Shown in pieces: positions 36,967 to 45,888 of a stretch of 64,000 nucleotides of DNA (the stretch's first letter is position 1; every line of letters begins with the position of its first letter). The position numbers and the translations under genes were made by a program. The stretch is taken from the NCBI GenBank assembly GCA_001799845.1, contig MGUG01000013.1, forward strand, positions 22,597 through 86,596, in the 5' to 3' direction. The notes under the pieces were generated by a model. It had not been told where the DNA came from. It did not search any database and saw nothing but the letters and a program-made list of their open reading frames with translations. This DNA is from Elusimicrobia bacterium GWC2_64_44. GTDB taxonomy: Bacteria > Elusimicrobiota > Elusimicrobia > Elusimicrobiales > UBA9959.

Positions 36967-37716
36967 TCATAACCCGGAATACCAGTCGTAGCCGCGCTCG
37001 GCCCAGTAGTCCGGGGGGCGCTCGTCGGAGAAGAAGATACGCCCCACGCGCTTGAGGCTCTTTATGCCGTACTTTATGGGGATCATCAGCCGCACGGGCG
37101 CGCCGTTCTCGTCGGATAGCGGCCGGCCGTTCTCCTCGTAAGTAAGCAGCGTCTGCGGGTGCAGCATCGACTTCATGTCTATGGAGACGTAGTAACCCCC
37201 GTCGGGGGTCTCCAGCCCTACGTAGCGGTACGGCGTGCCGTCGCTCTTGCGGCCCACGCCGTACGCGTCCATAAAATCCGAGAACCTGGTGCCCTTGTAC
37301 TGCAGCACCTCGCTCCAGCCCTCGATACAGCGGAAATCCGTGGAGTATGACGTCTGCGGCAGGGCGCGCAGCGCGGCGACGTCCAGGTTGAGCCTGCGTT
37401 CGCCGCTCTCCACGCGCACCGTGTAATCTTCCAGGTCGACTTCGTCCTCCAGCCCCAGCCCGCCGTTGAAGCGCGGCTCCTGCCCCTCTGGCGGCTCGGG
37501 CCTGGCCACAGAAAGGCGCTCCGACTGCAGGCGCGCCCAGATCTTTTCGTTCACCTGAAAGGCCCTGCGCAGCGGCAAAGGGGCCCCGTCGTCGCTGGCC
37601 CCACGCTTGATCCACAAAAACAGACTGCCCCCCAGCGCCGCCGCCGCCAGCCCCAGGCCCAGGCTGCGCAGCAGCCGCGCGCGCAGCTTGCCGGGCTCTA
37701 TGTCGGAAGTTTTCAT
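36967..37716 (-). CDS. molybdopterin-dependent oxidoreductase (YedY/MsrP-like, sulfite-oxidase fold)
   Basis: FRCIEGWS, VRLMIP and KYGIKSLK motifs of the small Moco oxidoreductase family. N-terminal TM anchor. Confidence 0.75.
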   Translation of the reverse strand: MKTSDIEPGKLRARLLRSLGLGLAAAALGGSLFLWIKRGASDDGAPLPLRRAFQVNEKIWARLQSERLSVARPEPPEGQEPRFNGGLGLEDEVDLEDYTVRVESGERRLNLDVAALRALPQTSYSTDFRCIEGWSEVLQYKGTRFSDFMDAYGVGRKSDGTPYRYVGLETPDGGYYVSIDMKSMLHPQTLLTYEENGRPLSDENGAPVRLMIPIKYGIKSLKRVGRIFFSDERPPDYWAERGYDWYSGL

Positions 37717-38342
37717 TTCTCAACTACCTCGTAGCCGGCCACCATGGCGCGGAAATTATTCCAGCCGGCGCGTATTACCTGCGTGACATGCACCGCGAAG
37801 AAACCCGCCAAGGCCAGCATCACCAGGAAATGCTCCCGCCGCGCCGCCTCGTAGCCGCCCAATAGCCAGGTGAGCCAGCCGGCCTGCACCGGCTTGTAGA
37901 TGGCCAGTCCCGTGACCAGCGCCGCCATGCCCAGCAGTATCGCCCCGGTATAGGCCAGGCGCTGCGCGGCGTTGAACTTGCCGCGCTGCGGCGGCAGCTC
38001 CTTGCGCAGGCGCAGGTCGTGCAGGGTCACCAGCAGCGCTTCCAGAAACGACGCCCGGTCCGGCGCCAGCTCGCGCCACTCCCCGGAGAAGGCCAGGTAG
38101 CAGACGTAGCAGAACCCGTTCAAAGCGAAAGGCCACATCACAAAGAAATGCCAGCCCATCCCCTCCGCCAGGCGGTAGTCCAGCCCCAGCCGCACGGCCA
38201 GGGCTTCCGGTATGCCCACCCAGTACATGTCGTTGGCCCAATATATAAGGATGCCGCTCCAGATCATAAGGCCGAGCAGCGGGAAGTTAAGCCAATGCGC
38301 CCAGCGTATGAAGCGTGGGTGCTTTTCAACTATCTTCGTCAT
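37713..38342 (-). CDS. cytochrome b561/PhsC-like membrane cytochrome b
   Basis: Four or five TM helices with conserved His (RWAHWLNF...). ATGA overlap with the Moco enzyme gene. Start trimmed to ATG 38342. Confidence 0.7.
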   Translation of the reverse strand: MTKIVEKHPRFIRWAHWLNFPLLGLMIWSGILIYWANDMYWVGIPEALAVRLGLDYRLAEGMGWHFFVMWPFALNGFCYVCYLAFSGEWRELAPDRASFLEALLVTLHDLRLRKELPPQRGKFNAAQRLAYTGAILLGMAALVTGLAIYKPVQAGWLTWLLGGYEAARREHFLVMLALAGFFAVHVTQVIRAGWNNFRAMVAGYEVVEK

Positions 38343-38346
38343 TGCG

Positions 38347-39372
38347 TCAGCGCTTCTTGAACAGCTCGCTGTAGCCGCCGAGGCCTTCTCTTTGCAGCTG
38401 GTCGGCCGGTATGAAGCGCAGCGCGGCCGAGTTGATGCAGTAGCGCAGCCCGGTGGGGGCGGGGCCGTCGTCGAACACATGCCCCAAATGCGAATCCGCC
38501 TGTTTGGACCGCACCTCGGTACGCACCCCCAAAAGACTGCGGTCCGGTTTGGACACTATGTTCTCTTTGACCAGCGGCCTGGTGAAGCTGGGCCAGCCCG
38601 TCTTGGAATCGAATTTATCCTGCGAGCTGAACAGCGGCTCGCCGGAGACTATGTCCACGTAAATGCCCGCCTCGTGGTGGTCCCAGTACTGGTTATGGAA
38701 CGGCGGCTCGGTGCCTTCCCGCTGGGTCACGTCGAACTGCATGGGGGTGAGGCGCCTCTTCAGCGCGTCGGCGCTTTCCTTTACGTAAGCCCCCGGCGCT
38801 CCCTTTTCAAAATCCAGGTCGCGCAGGAAGTGGTTATCGTACCCGCCCGGGTTCTTGATGAGGTACTTCTGGTGATACTCCTCGGCGCGGTAGAACGGGC
38901 CGGCCGCGGTTATCTCGGTGGTCAGCGGCTTTTTCCACGCGCCGGAGCGTTCCACCCTGGCTTTCATCTCTTTGGCCGTCTTCAGCTGCTCCGGCCCGTG
39001 CGTGAAGATGGCCGAGCGGTACTGCGTGCCCCGGTCGTTGCCCTGGGCGTTTAGCGTAGTGGGATCGTGCATCTTGAAGAACAAGGTCAGCAGGTCCCGG
39101 TAGGAGACCCTGCCCGGATCGAACTTGAGTTCCAGGGATTCGGCATGGCCGGTATCGCCGCGGGTTACCTGCTCGTAAGACGCTTTCCGGGCGCCGCCGG
39201 TGTAGCCCACCTGGGTCTCTACCACGCCGGGCACCTTGCGGAAGATCTCCTCCACGCCCCAGAAGCACCCCGCGGCGAAGGTGGCCGTCTCCAGCGCGGG
39301 CGGCTTATTTTCAGCGGCGTGCGCGGGCGCCGCCGCCAGCAGCAGCTGTAAACTTGCAAATATAAAATTCAT
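38347..39372 (-). CDS. msrAB: secreted peptide-methionine sulfoxide reductase MsrA-MsrB fusion
   Basis: GCFWGVEE (MsrA) and GWPSF...[10 protein letters not shown] (MsrB) motifs. Signal peptide. Start trimmed to ATG 39372 behind GGGGGG. Confidence 0.9.
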   Translation of the reverse strand: MNFIFASLQLLLAAAPAHAAENKPPALETATFAAGCFWGVEEIFRKVPGVVETQVGYTGGARKASYEQVTRGDTGHAESLELKFDPGRVSYRDLLTLFFKMHDPTTLNAQGNDRGTQYRSAIFTHGPEQLKTAKEMKARVERSGAWKKPLTTEITAAGPFYRAEEYHQKYLIKNPGGYDNHFLRDLDFEKGAPGAYVKESADALKRRLTPMQFDVTQREGTEPPFHNQYWDHHEAGIYVDIVSGEPLFSSQDKFDSKTGWPSFTRPLVKENIVSKPDRSLLGVRTEVRSKQADSHLGHVFDDGPAPTGLRYCINSAALRFIPADQLQREGLGGYSELFKKR

Positions 39373-39506
39373 GATCCCCCCGAACCGGATAACCGAGGAT
39401 GTCCTACTAATATTTAACATGAAAAACCGGGGACAGGGAATGTCAGGAAGCCCCCTTTTACTTACATTTTTCCGCCGGATGCCAGCAAGCAACATCCCTG
39501 GCTGCC

Positions 39507-39521
39507 TGTGTTTGATAGAAT
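39507..39521 (+). promoter_or_regulatory. TGTGTTTGATAGAAT box on the plus strand
   Basis: TAGAAT 39516-39521. 7 nt before ATG 39529 of a 20-codon mini-ORF and 54 nt before the DUF2277 start. Confidence 0.5.
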
Positions 39522-39575
39522 AGCGGCTATGGACAGTGACAGGCAAAACAGCTGTTGCCGGAAGCGAGGTGCAGT

Positions 39576-39860
39576 ATGTGCAGGAACATAAAGATATTGT
39601 TTAACTTCGACCCGCCGGCCACCGAGGACGAAGTGCGGGCTGCGGCAACGCAGTTCGTGCGAAAGGTCAGCGGCTTCACAAAGCCGTCGGCGGCAAATCA
39701 GCCGGCCTTCGACGCCGCGGTCGCCGACATAACCAGGTCGGCTTCCCGCCTCCTCTCCGCGCTGGTCACCAATGCGCCGCCCAAGGACCGCGAGGCCGAG
39801 GCAGCCAAGGCCCACGCCCGGGCCGTTAAAAGGTTCGGTGGCCGCGGGAAGCGGGCTTAG
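39576..39860 (+). CDS. DUF2277 family protein
   Basis: Characteristic [17 protein letters not shown]-terminus. GAGGTG SD. TAGAAT promoter box at 39516-39521. Confidence 0.75.
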   Translation: MCRNIKILFNFDPPATEDEVRAAATQFVRKVSGFTKPSAANQPAFDAAVADITRSASRLLSALVTNAPPKDREAEAAKAHARAVKRFGGRGKRA

Positions 39861-39880
39861 GACGCAACCATTAGCGCCCG

Positions 39881-40246
39881 CTACATCCAGCGGGCGTCCT
39901 TTTCCCTCAGTTCCTTCACGCGGCAGACCGCGAGCTTGCTGATGAGCGTTTTCGGCAGCGGCTTGTCGTAAGGGAACTGAATGGAGCCCAGCCCGACGGT
40001 GTAAGCGGCCAGCTCCTTACTGAATATTTTTATGACCGCCGGCGTGGGCATAAAATTGAGATGCGTCTTGAACGCCGCGTAGGCGAAGAGAATGCGTTTC
40101 TCCTCGAAGACGGGCGCACCCCATTTCAAGGCTTCGTTGGCTTTAGGCGCGGCCTTCTTCAGTATCGCGCGTAGTTCGCGCAGTTTCCCCCGCGCCTCTT
40201 TCGGGGCGGCGGCTATATATTCGGCTACAGTTCCGGGTTTTTTCAT
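39881..40246 (-). CDS. DUF1801 (YdhG-like) protein
   Basis: VAEYIAAAPKEARGKLRELR...WGAPVF pattern. AGGGGG SD. Start trimmed to ATG 40246. Confidence 0.7.
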   Translation of the reverse strand: MKKPGTVAEYIAAAPKEARGKLRELRAILKKAAPKANEALKWGAPVFEEKRILFAYAAFKTHLNFMPTPAVIKIFSKELAAYTVGLGSIQFPYDKPLPKTLISKLAVCRVKELREKDARWM

Positions 40247-40256
40247 GCTGTACCCC

Positions 40257-40637
40257 CTATTTGCGCTTCTTTTTTTCCAGCAGCTCACCGCCGAAAGCGG
40301 CACGGCCCATGGCCGGCGAATCGTAGAAGATGTGTACGTTCTCAACGGGCCGCGCGCAGGCTTTTGCTATGGCCTTGGCCATAGCCCCGGCTTCCTTCAG
40401 CAACTCTTTCTGCGGCCCCAGCCTGGCCTTGAGCAGGTTCACGAACACGGGCCTTATCCCCGCCGGCAGCGAAGCGCCGCATTCCGCGTAATTACCGCGT
40501 GGCAGGTAGCGAAGTCTTACCCACACCCTGCCCGGCGGCGCTTTTAAAACATCCGCCGCGGCATCGGCGATGCGCCGGGCCAGGCTCCCCGCGCCGGCCG
40601 CCGGACCACCCACTATCTCAACTTGCAGTATAGGCAT
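40257..40637 (-). CDS. tautomerase-superfamily-like protein
   Basis: N-terminal MPILQVEIVG (Pro1) pattern. ATG 40637 is 6 nt after TAAAAT (40644-40649). Confidence 0.5.
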   Translation of the reverse strand: MPILQVEIVGGPAAGAGSLARRIADAAADVLKAPPGRVWVRLRYLPRGNYAECGASLPAGIRPVFVNLLKARLGPQKELLKEAGAMAKAIAKACARPVENVHIFYDSPAMGRAAFGGELLEKKKRK

Positions 40638-40643
40638 ACCCAG

Positions 40644-40735
40644 ATTTTACTAAACCCACCCCCCAAACAAAACCGCCGGGCTTCCCGGCGGCGCAGCGAG
40701 ACATTTAGGAATTAGGGATCGGCGTCCCCTATCTT
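40644..40735 (-). promoter_or_regulatory. full module: type-C stop block + hairpin (3-nt loop) + G-rich insert + TAAAAT
   Basis: Block AGGGGACGCCGATCCCTAATTCCTAAATG. Stem-loop 40673-40691. TAAAAT 40644-40649. 6 nt to ATG 40637. Confidence 0.6.
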
Positions 40736-40815
40736 GATAGAACAGCGGTTGGCTCACGAAGTGAACAATTGACCAGAAGTGAAACGCCCGTTTTGACACT
40801 CGGGTAAAGCCGCGG

Positions 40816-41538
40816 CTATAGAGCCGCAGCACCCCCGCGCAGCTCCAGCAGCCGGGATACGGTGACAAAAGAGTAGCCCCGCGCCTTAAGGCCCTTTATT
40901 ATGCCGGGCAGGGCGGCCCTGGCCGCGGCGCAGGCCTCGCCGCAGAGCGGGTGCAGCAGTATTATGGAGCCCGGCGCGGCCCCGGCGAGCACATACTCTT
41001 CCATGCGCGCGGCGTCGCCCGGGAAACAGGTATCCGGCTCCAGGTCGCAGGTCACGGTGGTCACGCCGCGGCGGCTTAGGTACCACGGCAGCGCCAAAAG
41101 CTTCTTGCAGTAGGGCGGGCGGAAAGTTATGGCGCCCTTGTAGCCGCTCGCGCGGATGAGAGCGTCGGTCCGTTCTATCTCGCGCGCCACAAAGCCGGGC
41201 GTCTTGAAGACCATGCGCTTATGCGAGTAGCTGTGGTTGCCCAGCTCGTGGCCGGCGGCCGCTATGGCCGCGGCAGCCGCGGGATCTTTCTCGATATTGG
41301 CGCCTATGCAGTAGAAGGTGGCCCGCACGCCCTCGCTGGCCAGCAGCCGCAGCACGGCCGTGTCCGCCGCCATGGGCGCGTCGTCGAAGGTGAGCGCCAC
41401 CACTTTCTGCTCCGTGCCCACCCGCGCGACGATGTCCCCGAAGAGCTGGAAGGTCCTGGCCTTGCTCAGCCGCAGCAGCCCGTACCCGGCCAGGAGCGCC
41501 GCGCACAACACCACCGCCGCTATTTTGGCTGTTCTCAT
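40816..41538 (-). CDS. polysaccharide deacetylase (CE4/NodB homology)
   Basis: LTFDDAP and HELGNHSYSH motifs. ATG 41538 is 6 nt after TAGAAT (41545-41550). Confidence 0.85.
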   Translation of the reverse strand: MRTAKIAAVVLCAALLAGYGLLRLSKARTFQLFGDIVARVGTEQKVVALTFDDAPMAADTAVLRLLASEGVRATFYCIGANIEKDPAAAAAIAAAGHELGNHSYSHKRMVFKTPGFVAREIERTDALIRASGYKGAITFRPPYCKKLLALPWYLSRRGVTTVTCDLEPDTCFPGDAARMEEYVLAGAAPGSIILLHPLCGEACAAARAALPGIIKGLKARGYSFVTVSRLLELRGGAAAL

Positions 41539-41544
41539 AATTAA

Positions 41545-41580
41545 ATTCTACAAAACAAAACCATCGGACCTCCCCGGGAG
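41545..41580 (-). promoter_or_regulatory. module with degenerate stem + TTTTGTTTTGTAGAAT
   Basis: TAGAAT 41545-41550, 6 nt to ATG 41538. The stem is replaced by CTCCCCGGGAG. Confidence 0.55.
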
Positions 41581-41622
41581 TTAGCGCAAGACAAGTAATA
41601 CCAGCGTTGATATAATACCCCA

Positions 41623-42343
41623 ATGGTCACTTCTTTCAAATGCGCACCGCTGCTGAACCTGCTGCCTGCGCTGCTTGCAATACTGCTCGCGGCCCATTCC
41701 CCCGCGCGCGCCAGCGGCAAGCCCGGGGCCATAGTAGTTTCTGTCACCGGCGAAGTTTCCATTAAGCCGGACGGAGCGGCTTCCTTCAGGCCTATCAGCG
41801 CCGGTGACGCGCTGTACGCGGGAGACTCCATTAAGACCGGGCACGGCGGCCGCATGTCCGCGGTGCTGAAAAGCGGCGCGGAGGTGCGGCTTAACGAGGA
41901 TTCGCTCTTCGTGGGTACACCTTCACCAGGAGGTCCCGGCGCTGCAGAATATCGGCTTCGGTGCCGCGGATGGCGCAGATGGCCGTAGGGGTGGCCACAT
42001 ACAGCGGCTTATGTCTTGCCCCTCCAAGCAGGCGGGTCCATAGCTGTCCGGTCTTAAGCAGCAGGGTCTCGCCGTCATAGCGTTTCGGGTAGACCAGGGG
42101 CAGGTAGAGGTGCGCAATTCGCTGGGCAGGATGTCGCTGGCCGCGGGCCAGATGACCGCGATAGTAAGGCCGGACATGAAACCCGCCCCGCCAAAGCGCA
42201 TGTCGCGGCAGAACACCGGCATCTGGCACAAACGCTTTATCCTCCGGGACCTGCAGGCCTTCATCCGTAAACTGGCGGCCTACGGCTGGGAAATAGGCGA
42301 TGGCCTGCTGCGCACGGGGAAAGGCGGAGAGAAGGTCCGCTGA
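41623..42343 (+). pseudogene. FecR-domain protein gene disrupted by an internal ~180-bp inversion
   Basis: N-terminal part reads on + (41623-41913). The middle (..TPTAICAIRGTEADI..) reads on - (42094 down to 41915). The C-terminal part (QGQVEVRNSLG..) reads on + from 42095 in another frame. Confidence 0.65.
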
Positions 42344-42380
42344 TCGCCCGATCTATAAGCTCTTTGCCCATCCCTCCCAA

Positions 42381-42415
42381 AAATAAAACCGCCGGGCTTC
42401 CCCGGCGGTTTGGTC
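42381..42415. terminator. module hairpin between convergent genes
   Basis: Stem-loop 42389-42408 (loop CTTC). Confidence 0.7.
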
Positions 42416-42444
42416 CGCATAAAGTCAGAAAGCGAGAGGAGGGC

Positions 42445-43170
42445 TCACTTTACGGCCTTGACCAGTATCGAAAGCCCGGCAGGGGGCCGAACATGGTTCT
42501 CTACCGCCATGAACCACCGGAGCAGGAGCGCGTTCAGGACGGTCTTAAGACGGCCAGCCCCCTCCTGCCGGAACCCCTCGGGCACCGGCCGGCCCGCGAC
42601 TTTCTCGAAAAACCAGTAAGCCGGCACGCCGAGGAGGTTCCAGTAGGAAAAATCAATGCCGGAAAAAGGCACCTCCCCGAAAAGTTTCCGGGCGTCGGCC
42701 ATGTCATACCGGCGGAAATGCCCCACGGCGGCGTCGCGCCGGCCGTATAAGGCCCTCAGGGCCGGGAGAAGACACAGCAGCGTGGAACCCGGAGGCATCC
42801 CGGCCCAGATCCGCTTTAGCAGCGCGGCCTCATCTTCCACATGCTCCAGCACGTCGAGCATGAGAAAGCTGCCGAAGCCGGCCATCAGCTCGGCGGAGAC
42901 GCCCTGCATGCCGGAATTAATCAGTTTAAAATCAAAGCCTTCCCGTTCTTTAAGCGCCTGCGCCAGCGCGTAGAGCTCCGGGTCGGGCTCCACTCCCGCG
43001 ACGCAATAACCATCCCGGGCCAACGACCTCAGCATGGCGCCGGTCCCGCAGCCGATGTCCAGCACCGAGGTCCCCGGAATATTTTTCTTAAGCAGCTCTT
43101 TCAGCGCCAAAAAACGGAAATCGGCCTCTTCGCAGGGCGCGTGCGTGCGATAAAATTCAACCAGGTTCAT
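42445..43170 (-). CDS. class I SAM-dependent methyltransferase
   Basis: Motif I VLDIGCGTGAM, and acidic motif LMLDVLEHV. Confidence 0.8.
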   Translation of the reverse strand: MNLVEFYRTHAPCEEADFRFLALKELLKKNIPGTSVLDIGCGTGAMLRSLARDGYCVAGVEPDPELYALAQALKEREGFDFKLINSGMQGVSAELMAGFGSFLMLDVLEHVEDEAALLKRIWAGMPPGSTLLCLLPALRALYGRRDAAVGHFRRYDMADARKLFGEVPFSGIDFSYWNLLGVPAYWFFEKVAGRPVPEGFRQEGAGRLKTVLNALLLRWFMAVENHVRPPAGLSILVKAVK

Positions 43171-43180
43171 GCGCGGCGCC

Positions 43181-43867
43181 TCACTTCTTCACCTCGAGCA
43201 CCAGCACGTAATGGAAGGGCAGAAAGAAGAACGGTATCCTTAAGACCGAGCGCAGCAACACGCTTCCCCGGCACTTTTCCCGCGCCCAGGACAGGGTTAT
43301 CTCATGCCGGTGCCATTCGCTAAGCATATCGTCGGACATCTCGTAGTCCCCGGAGACCGCTTTTTTCAGCCCCGTCAGGAGAACTAGCTTTTTGGTCAGC
43401 GAAATGAGCCCTTCGTTGGGGACGGTCAGGACTATGCGCCCGCCGGGTTTCACCACCCGCCGCAACTCGGCCAGGACGGTTTCCGGGTTGAGGACGTGTT
43501 CCAGGATCTCGGAGCAGACCGCCCGGTCGAACGTTGCGTCGGGGAAGGGCAGGGCCTCGGCGTTGCCGAACATGACACAGGCTCCCGCCTGCCCGCTGAT
43601 CCTGGCCCGCGCCTGCGCCAGAAGCGTCTCCGAAATGTCCACCCCGGTCACATCGAAGCCTTTTAATTTTTCCAGCAGGTTGCCCGCGCCGCAACCGGCG
43701 TCCAGTATCTTGTCGCCCGGCCGGCAATCCAGGACAGCGGCCGTCGCGCCCAGGCGCCGGGCCTCTATCCAGCGGACTATGGCCCCGGAACGGGTTATGA
43801 AAGCGTCGGGATTATACTTGCGCGCCATGGCCTCGTTCCAGACGACGAAGTCTTCCATTTCAGTCAT
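43181..43867 (-). CDS. class I SAM-dependent methyltransferase (UbiE/COQ5-like)
   Basis: ILDAGCGAGNL and CSEILEHV motifs. Confidence 0.8.
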   Translation of the reverse strand: MTEMEDFVVWNEAMARKYNPDAFITRSGAIVRWIEARRLGATAAVLDCRPGDKILDAGCGAGNLLEKLKGFDVTGVDISETLLAQARARISGQAGACVMFGNAEALPFPDATFDRAVCSEILEHVLNPETVLAELRRVVKPGGRIVLTVPNEGLISLTKKLVLLTGLKKAVSGDYEMSDDMLSEWHRHEITLSWAREKCRGSVLLRSVLRIPFFFLPFHYVLVLEVKK

Positions 43868-45660
43868 CAGCTGCCCCCACCGGTAGAGAATAATTGGACG
43901 CCGGCCTCATCCTTGAGCAGCGGGCGGCCGAGCGTTTCAGGGAGCCACTTCTCCAGGTCGCGGTGCAGTTGCTCTCCGAGATCGCGCTCGGGATGATAGA
44001 CCACGAATTTTATCCCGGCCTCCCGCAACAAGCGCGCGCTGTGAGCGGCCAGCCACGCCCTTCTTGCCTTGAGCTCTGGCTTTGAATTCAGCCGGGCCAG
44101 CACCCAGGGATGCGTAAGCTCATAGACCGCCTCAGTTTTCTCCGTGAATTCAAGAGAAGAAAGCAGGTACCTGCTCGGGTAGCCCAGCACCAGCGGGTGG
44201 CGGTGGTAAGGCTGGAGCAGCATGTATTGCTGCATCCGGACCAGGAGGTTGCCGTCCGGGTCATAGGCCGCCGGCAGTTCCAGGACGGCGGCTTGTCCTG
44301 GGTCGCGCCGGATCGCCTCGTACACCGGGGACGGGACACTGCTGACATAGCGCTTACCGATAACGGCCAGGTCGAATTCAAAGAAGACCGCCGCCAGGAG
44401 GACGGCACCGGCGCCAAGGCGCCAGGCGCGGGTGCGGTCGCGGAAAAGTTCGCTCAGGGAAAGCGCCACTAGCGCCGAGGAGGCCAAAGTTACGGTCATA
44501 AGGATCCTCGACGAAGTACGGAATTCCGAGACCACGGGGAGAGACTTCAGCAAAAGATAAGGCAGCGGGATCCAGGTCTGGCCTTCAGGCGAGAGCTTAA
44601 GCCACGGGCCCAGCGTCAGCACGGCCGAAAACCCTAAGACCCACAGCCAGAAGGCAAAAATGTCTTTCTTATGCAGCCCTCTCCACAAGCCGTAGAGCAC
44701 AAGAGCGAGCGCGGCGCTGCCGAGATAGGACATGATCATTTCTGGCGCGACATTAACGCCCTCAAAAAAACGAAGCCGCTGCACAAGCTGGCTGGAGTGC
44801 CAGAACGGCAGGTCCGCGAAAGACAGCAAAGAAGAGCTGTAGAGCTGGCTTCCCCCTATCCATTTACCCGCGTGCTTCAGCAGCGGCCAGTAGAAAGCCA
44901 GGGCCAGCCCTCCCGCCGCGGCCACGGCCCCCGCCAGCTGGAGCAGAGCGCGGGCGCTGTAAAGCCGCTTCCCGCCCAGAAAAGCGTCGTAGAGAAGCGC
45001 AGCGGCAAGGAACACGAACCCGAACGAAAAAGCGACGTAGGGGCCGGAGAGAAAAACTCCCGCCAGGGCGGCCGCGACGAGAAAGGCCCCGCGCAGGTCC
45101 GCCTTTTCCCGGTAGGAAAGCAAAGCCAGGGCCAGCAGGGGGTTGAAGTAAAGAGTGGCTTCTATCACCTGCCCGTGATAATGCTGTACTACCATGTATG
45201 CGCTGAAAGCGTAACCGAACGCTCCGCAAAGCGAAGCCACCGCGCTCCGGGTAAGTTTGTAAAAAAGCAGGTAGGCGCTCAGGCCGGTCAGAACGTAACA
45301 GGCCAGCATCAGCAGATTATAAGCGGCGTACGGCGTGGTGAAGAGCTGCAGCAGCAGAGCGGAGATCTCGTTTACCGGTGAGTGGAAGAACACCGGCACA
45401 CCCGCGGGATACATAAGCAGGCCGGTGTGGAACAGGGGCAGACCATTATGCACGGCATACGACCACCACCAGAACAGCCAGGAGAAGAACCCGCCCACCT
45501 GCTGGCCGGCCAATACCCGCCCGGAGATATCGGACAGAACTTCCCGGTGCAGGAACGCGACCAGGGTACAGAAAAAAACGGCGGCCACAAAATAATGGTG
45601 TTTCCTGGCCAGGGCCCCAAGGTAACGGAGCGGGGCCGCTAATATTATTAACTTTGGCAT
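43867..45660 (-). CDS. large polytopic membrane protein, probable GT-C/YfhO-like glycosyltransferase
   Basis: At least 12 hydrophobic helices followed by a soluble C-terminal domain. 1-nt overlap with the downstream methyltransferase gene. Family call tentative. Confidence 0.6.
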   Translation of the reverse strand: MPKLIILAAPLRYLGALARKHHYFVAAVFFCTLVAFLHREVLSDISGRVLAGQQVGGFFSWLFWWWSYAVHNGLPLFHTGLLMYPAGVPVFFHSPVNEISALLLQLFTTPYAAYNLLMLACYVLTGLSAYLLFYKLTRSAVASLCGAFGYAFSAYMVVQHYHGQVIEATLYFNPLLALALLSYREKADLRGAFLVAAALAGVFLSGPYVAFSFGFVFLAAALLYDAFLGGKRLYSARALLQLAGAVAAAGGLALAFYWPLLKHAGKWIGGSQLYSSSLLSFADLPFWHSSQLVQRLRFFEGVNVAPEMIMSYLGSAALALVLYGLWRGLHKKDIFAFWLWVLGFSAVLTLGPWLKLSPEGQTWIPLPYLLLKSLPVVSEFRTSSRILMTVTLASSALVALSLSELFRDRTRAWRLGAGAVLLAAVFFEFDLAVIGKRYVSSVPSPVYEAIRRDPGQAAVLELPAAYDPDGNLLVRMQQYMLLQPYHRHPLVLGYPSRYLLSSLEFTEKTEAVYELTHPWVLARLNSKPELKARRAWLAAHSARLLREAGIKFVVYHPERDLGEQLHRDLEKWLPETLGRPLLKDEAGVQLFSTGGGS

Positions 45661-45741
45661 AGACCTGCAGGGAAAATAAGAACTATTCTCGACGTATCTC
45701 TTTGCGCAGCCTTTTTGTCTTTATCTTTCCTCTATGATAAC

Positions 45742-45778
45742 AAAAAGCGGGCCCGGTTGCCGTCTTGCCGGGCCCCGC
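45742..45778 (-). terminator. second, unrelated GC hairpin + TTTTTGTTATCAT
   Basis: GCGGGGCCCGG-loop-CCGGGCCCGC read on minus, about 55 nt downstream of the module at 45833. Confidence 0.6.
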
Positions 45779-45822
45779 TATCCTCGCCGGGGGTTGAACC
45801 AGACAAGGGCCTATCGCCTTCA

Positions 45823-45888
45823 CAAAACAAAACCGCCGGGCTACCCCGGCGGCTTCGGACTTGATTAGGGATCCGCGTACCCTATCCC
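45823..45888 (-). terminator. module: type-C block + hairpin, -10 replaced by GTGAAGGCGATAGGCCC extension
   Basis: Stem-loop 45833-45852 (loop CTAC). Block AGGGTACGCGGATCCCTAATCAAG follows the plsY stop. Confidence 0.65.

Noticed and set aside
40650-40868. 72-aa minus-strand ORF in the spacer between the deacetylase stop and the module at 40673.
   Set aside because: It runs through the module block and hairpin and overlaps the deacetylase 3' end. It has no start signal and odd composition. It is more likely 3'UTR or a decayed remnant.
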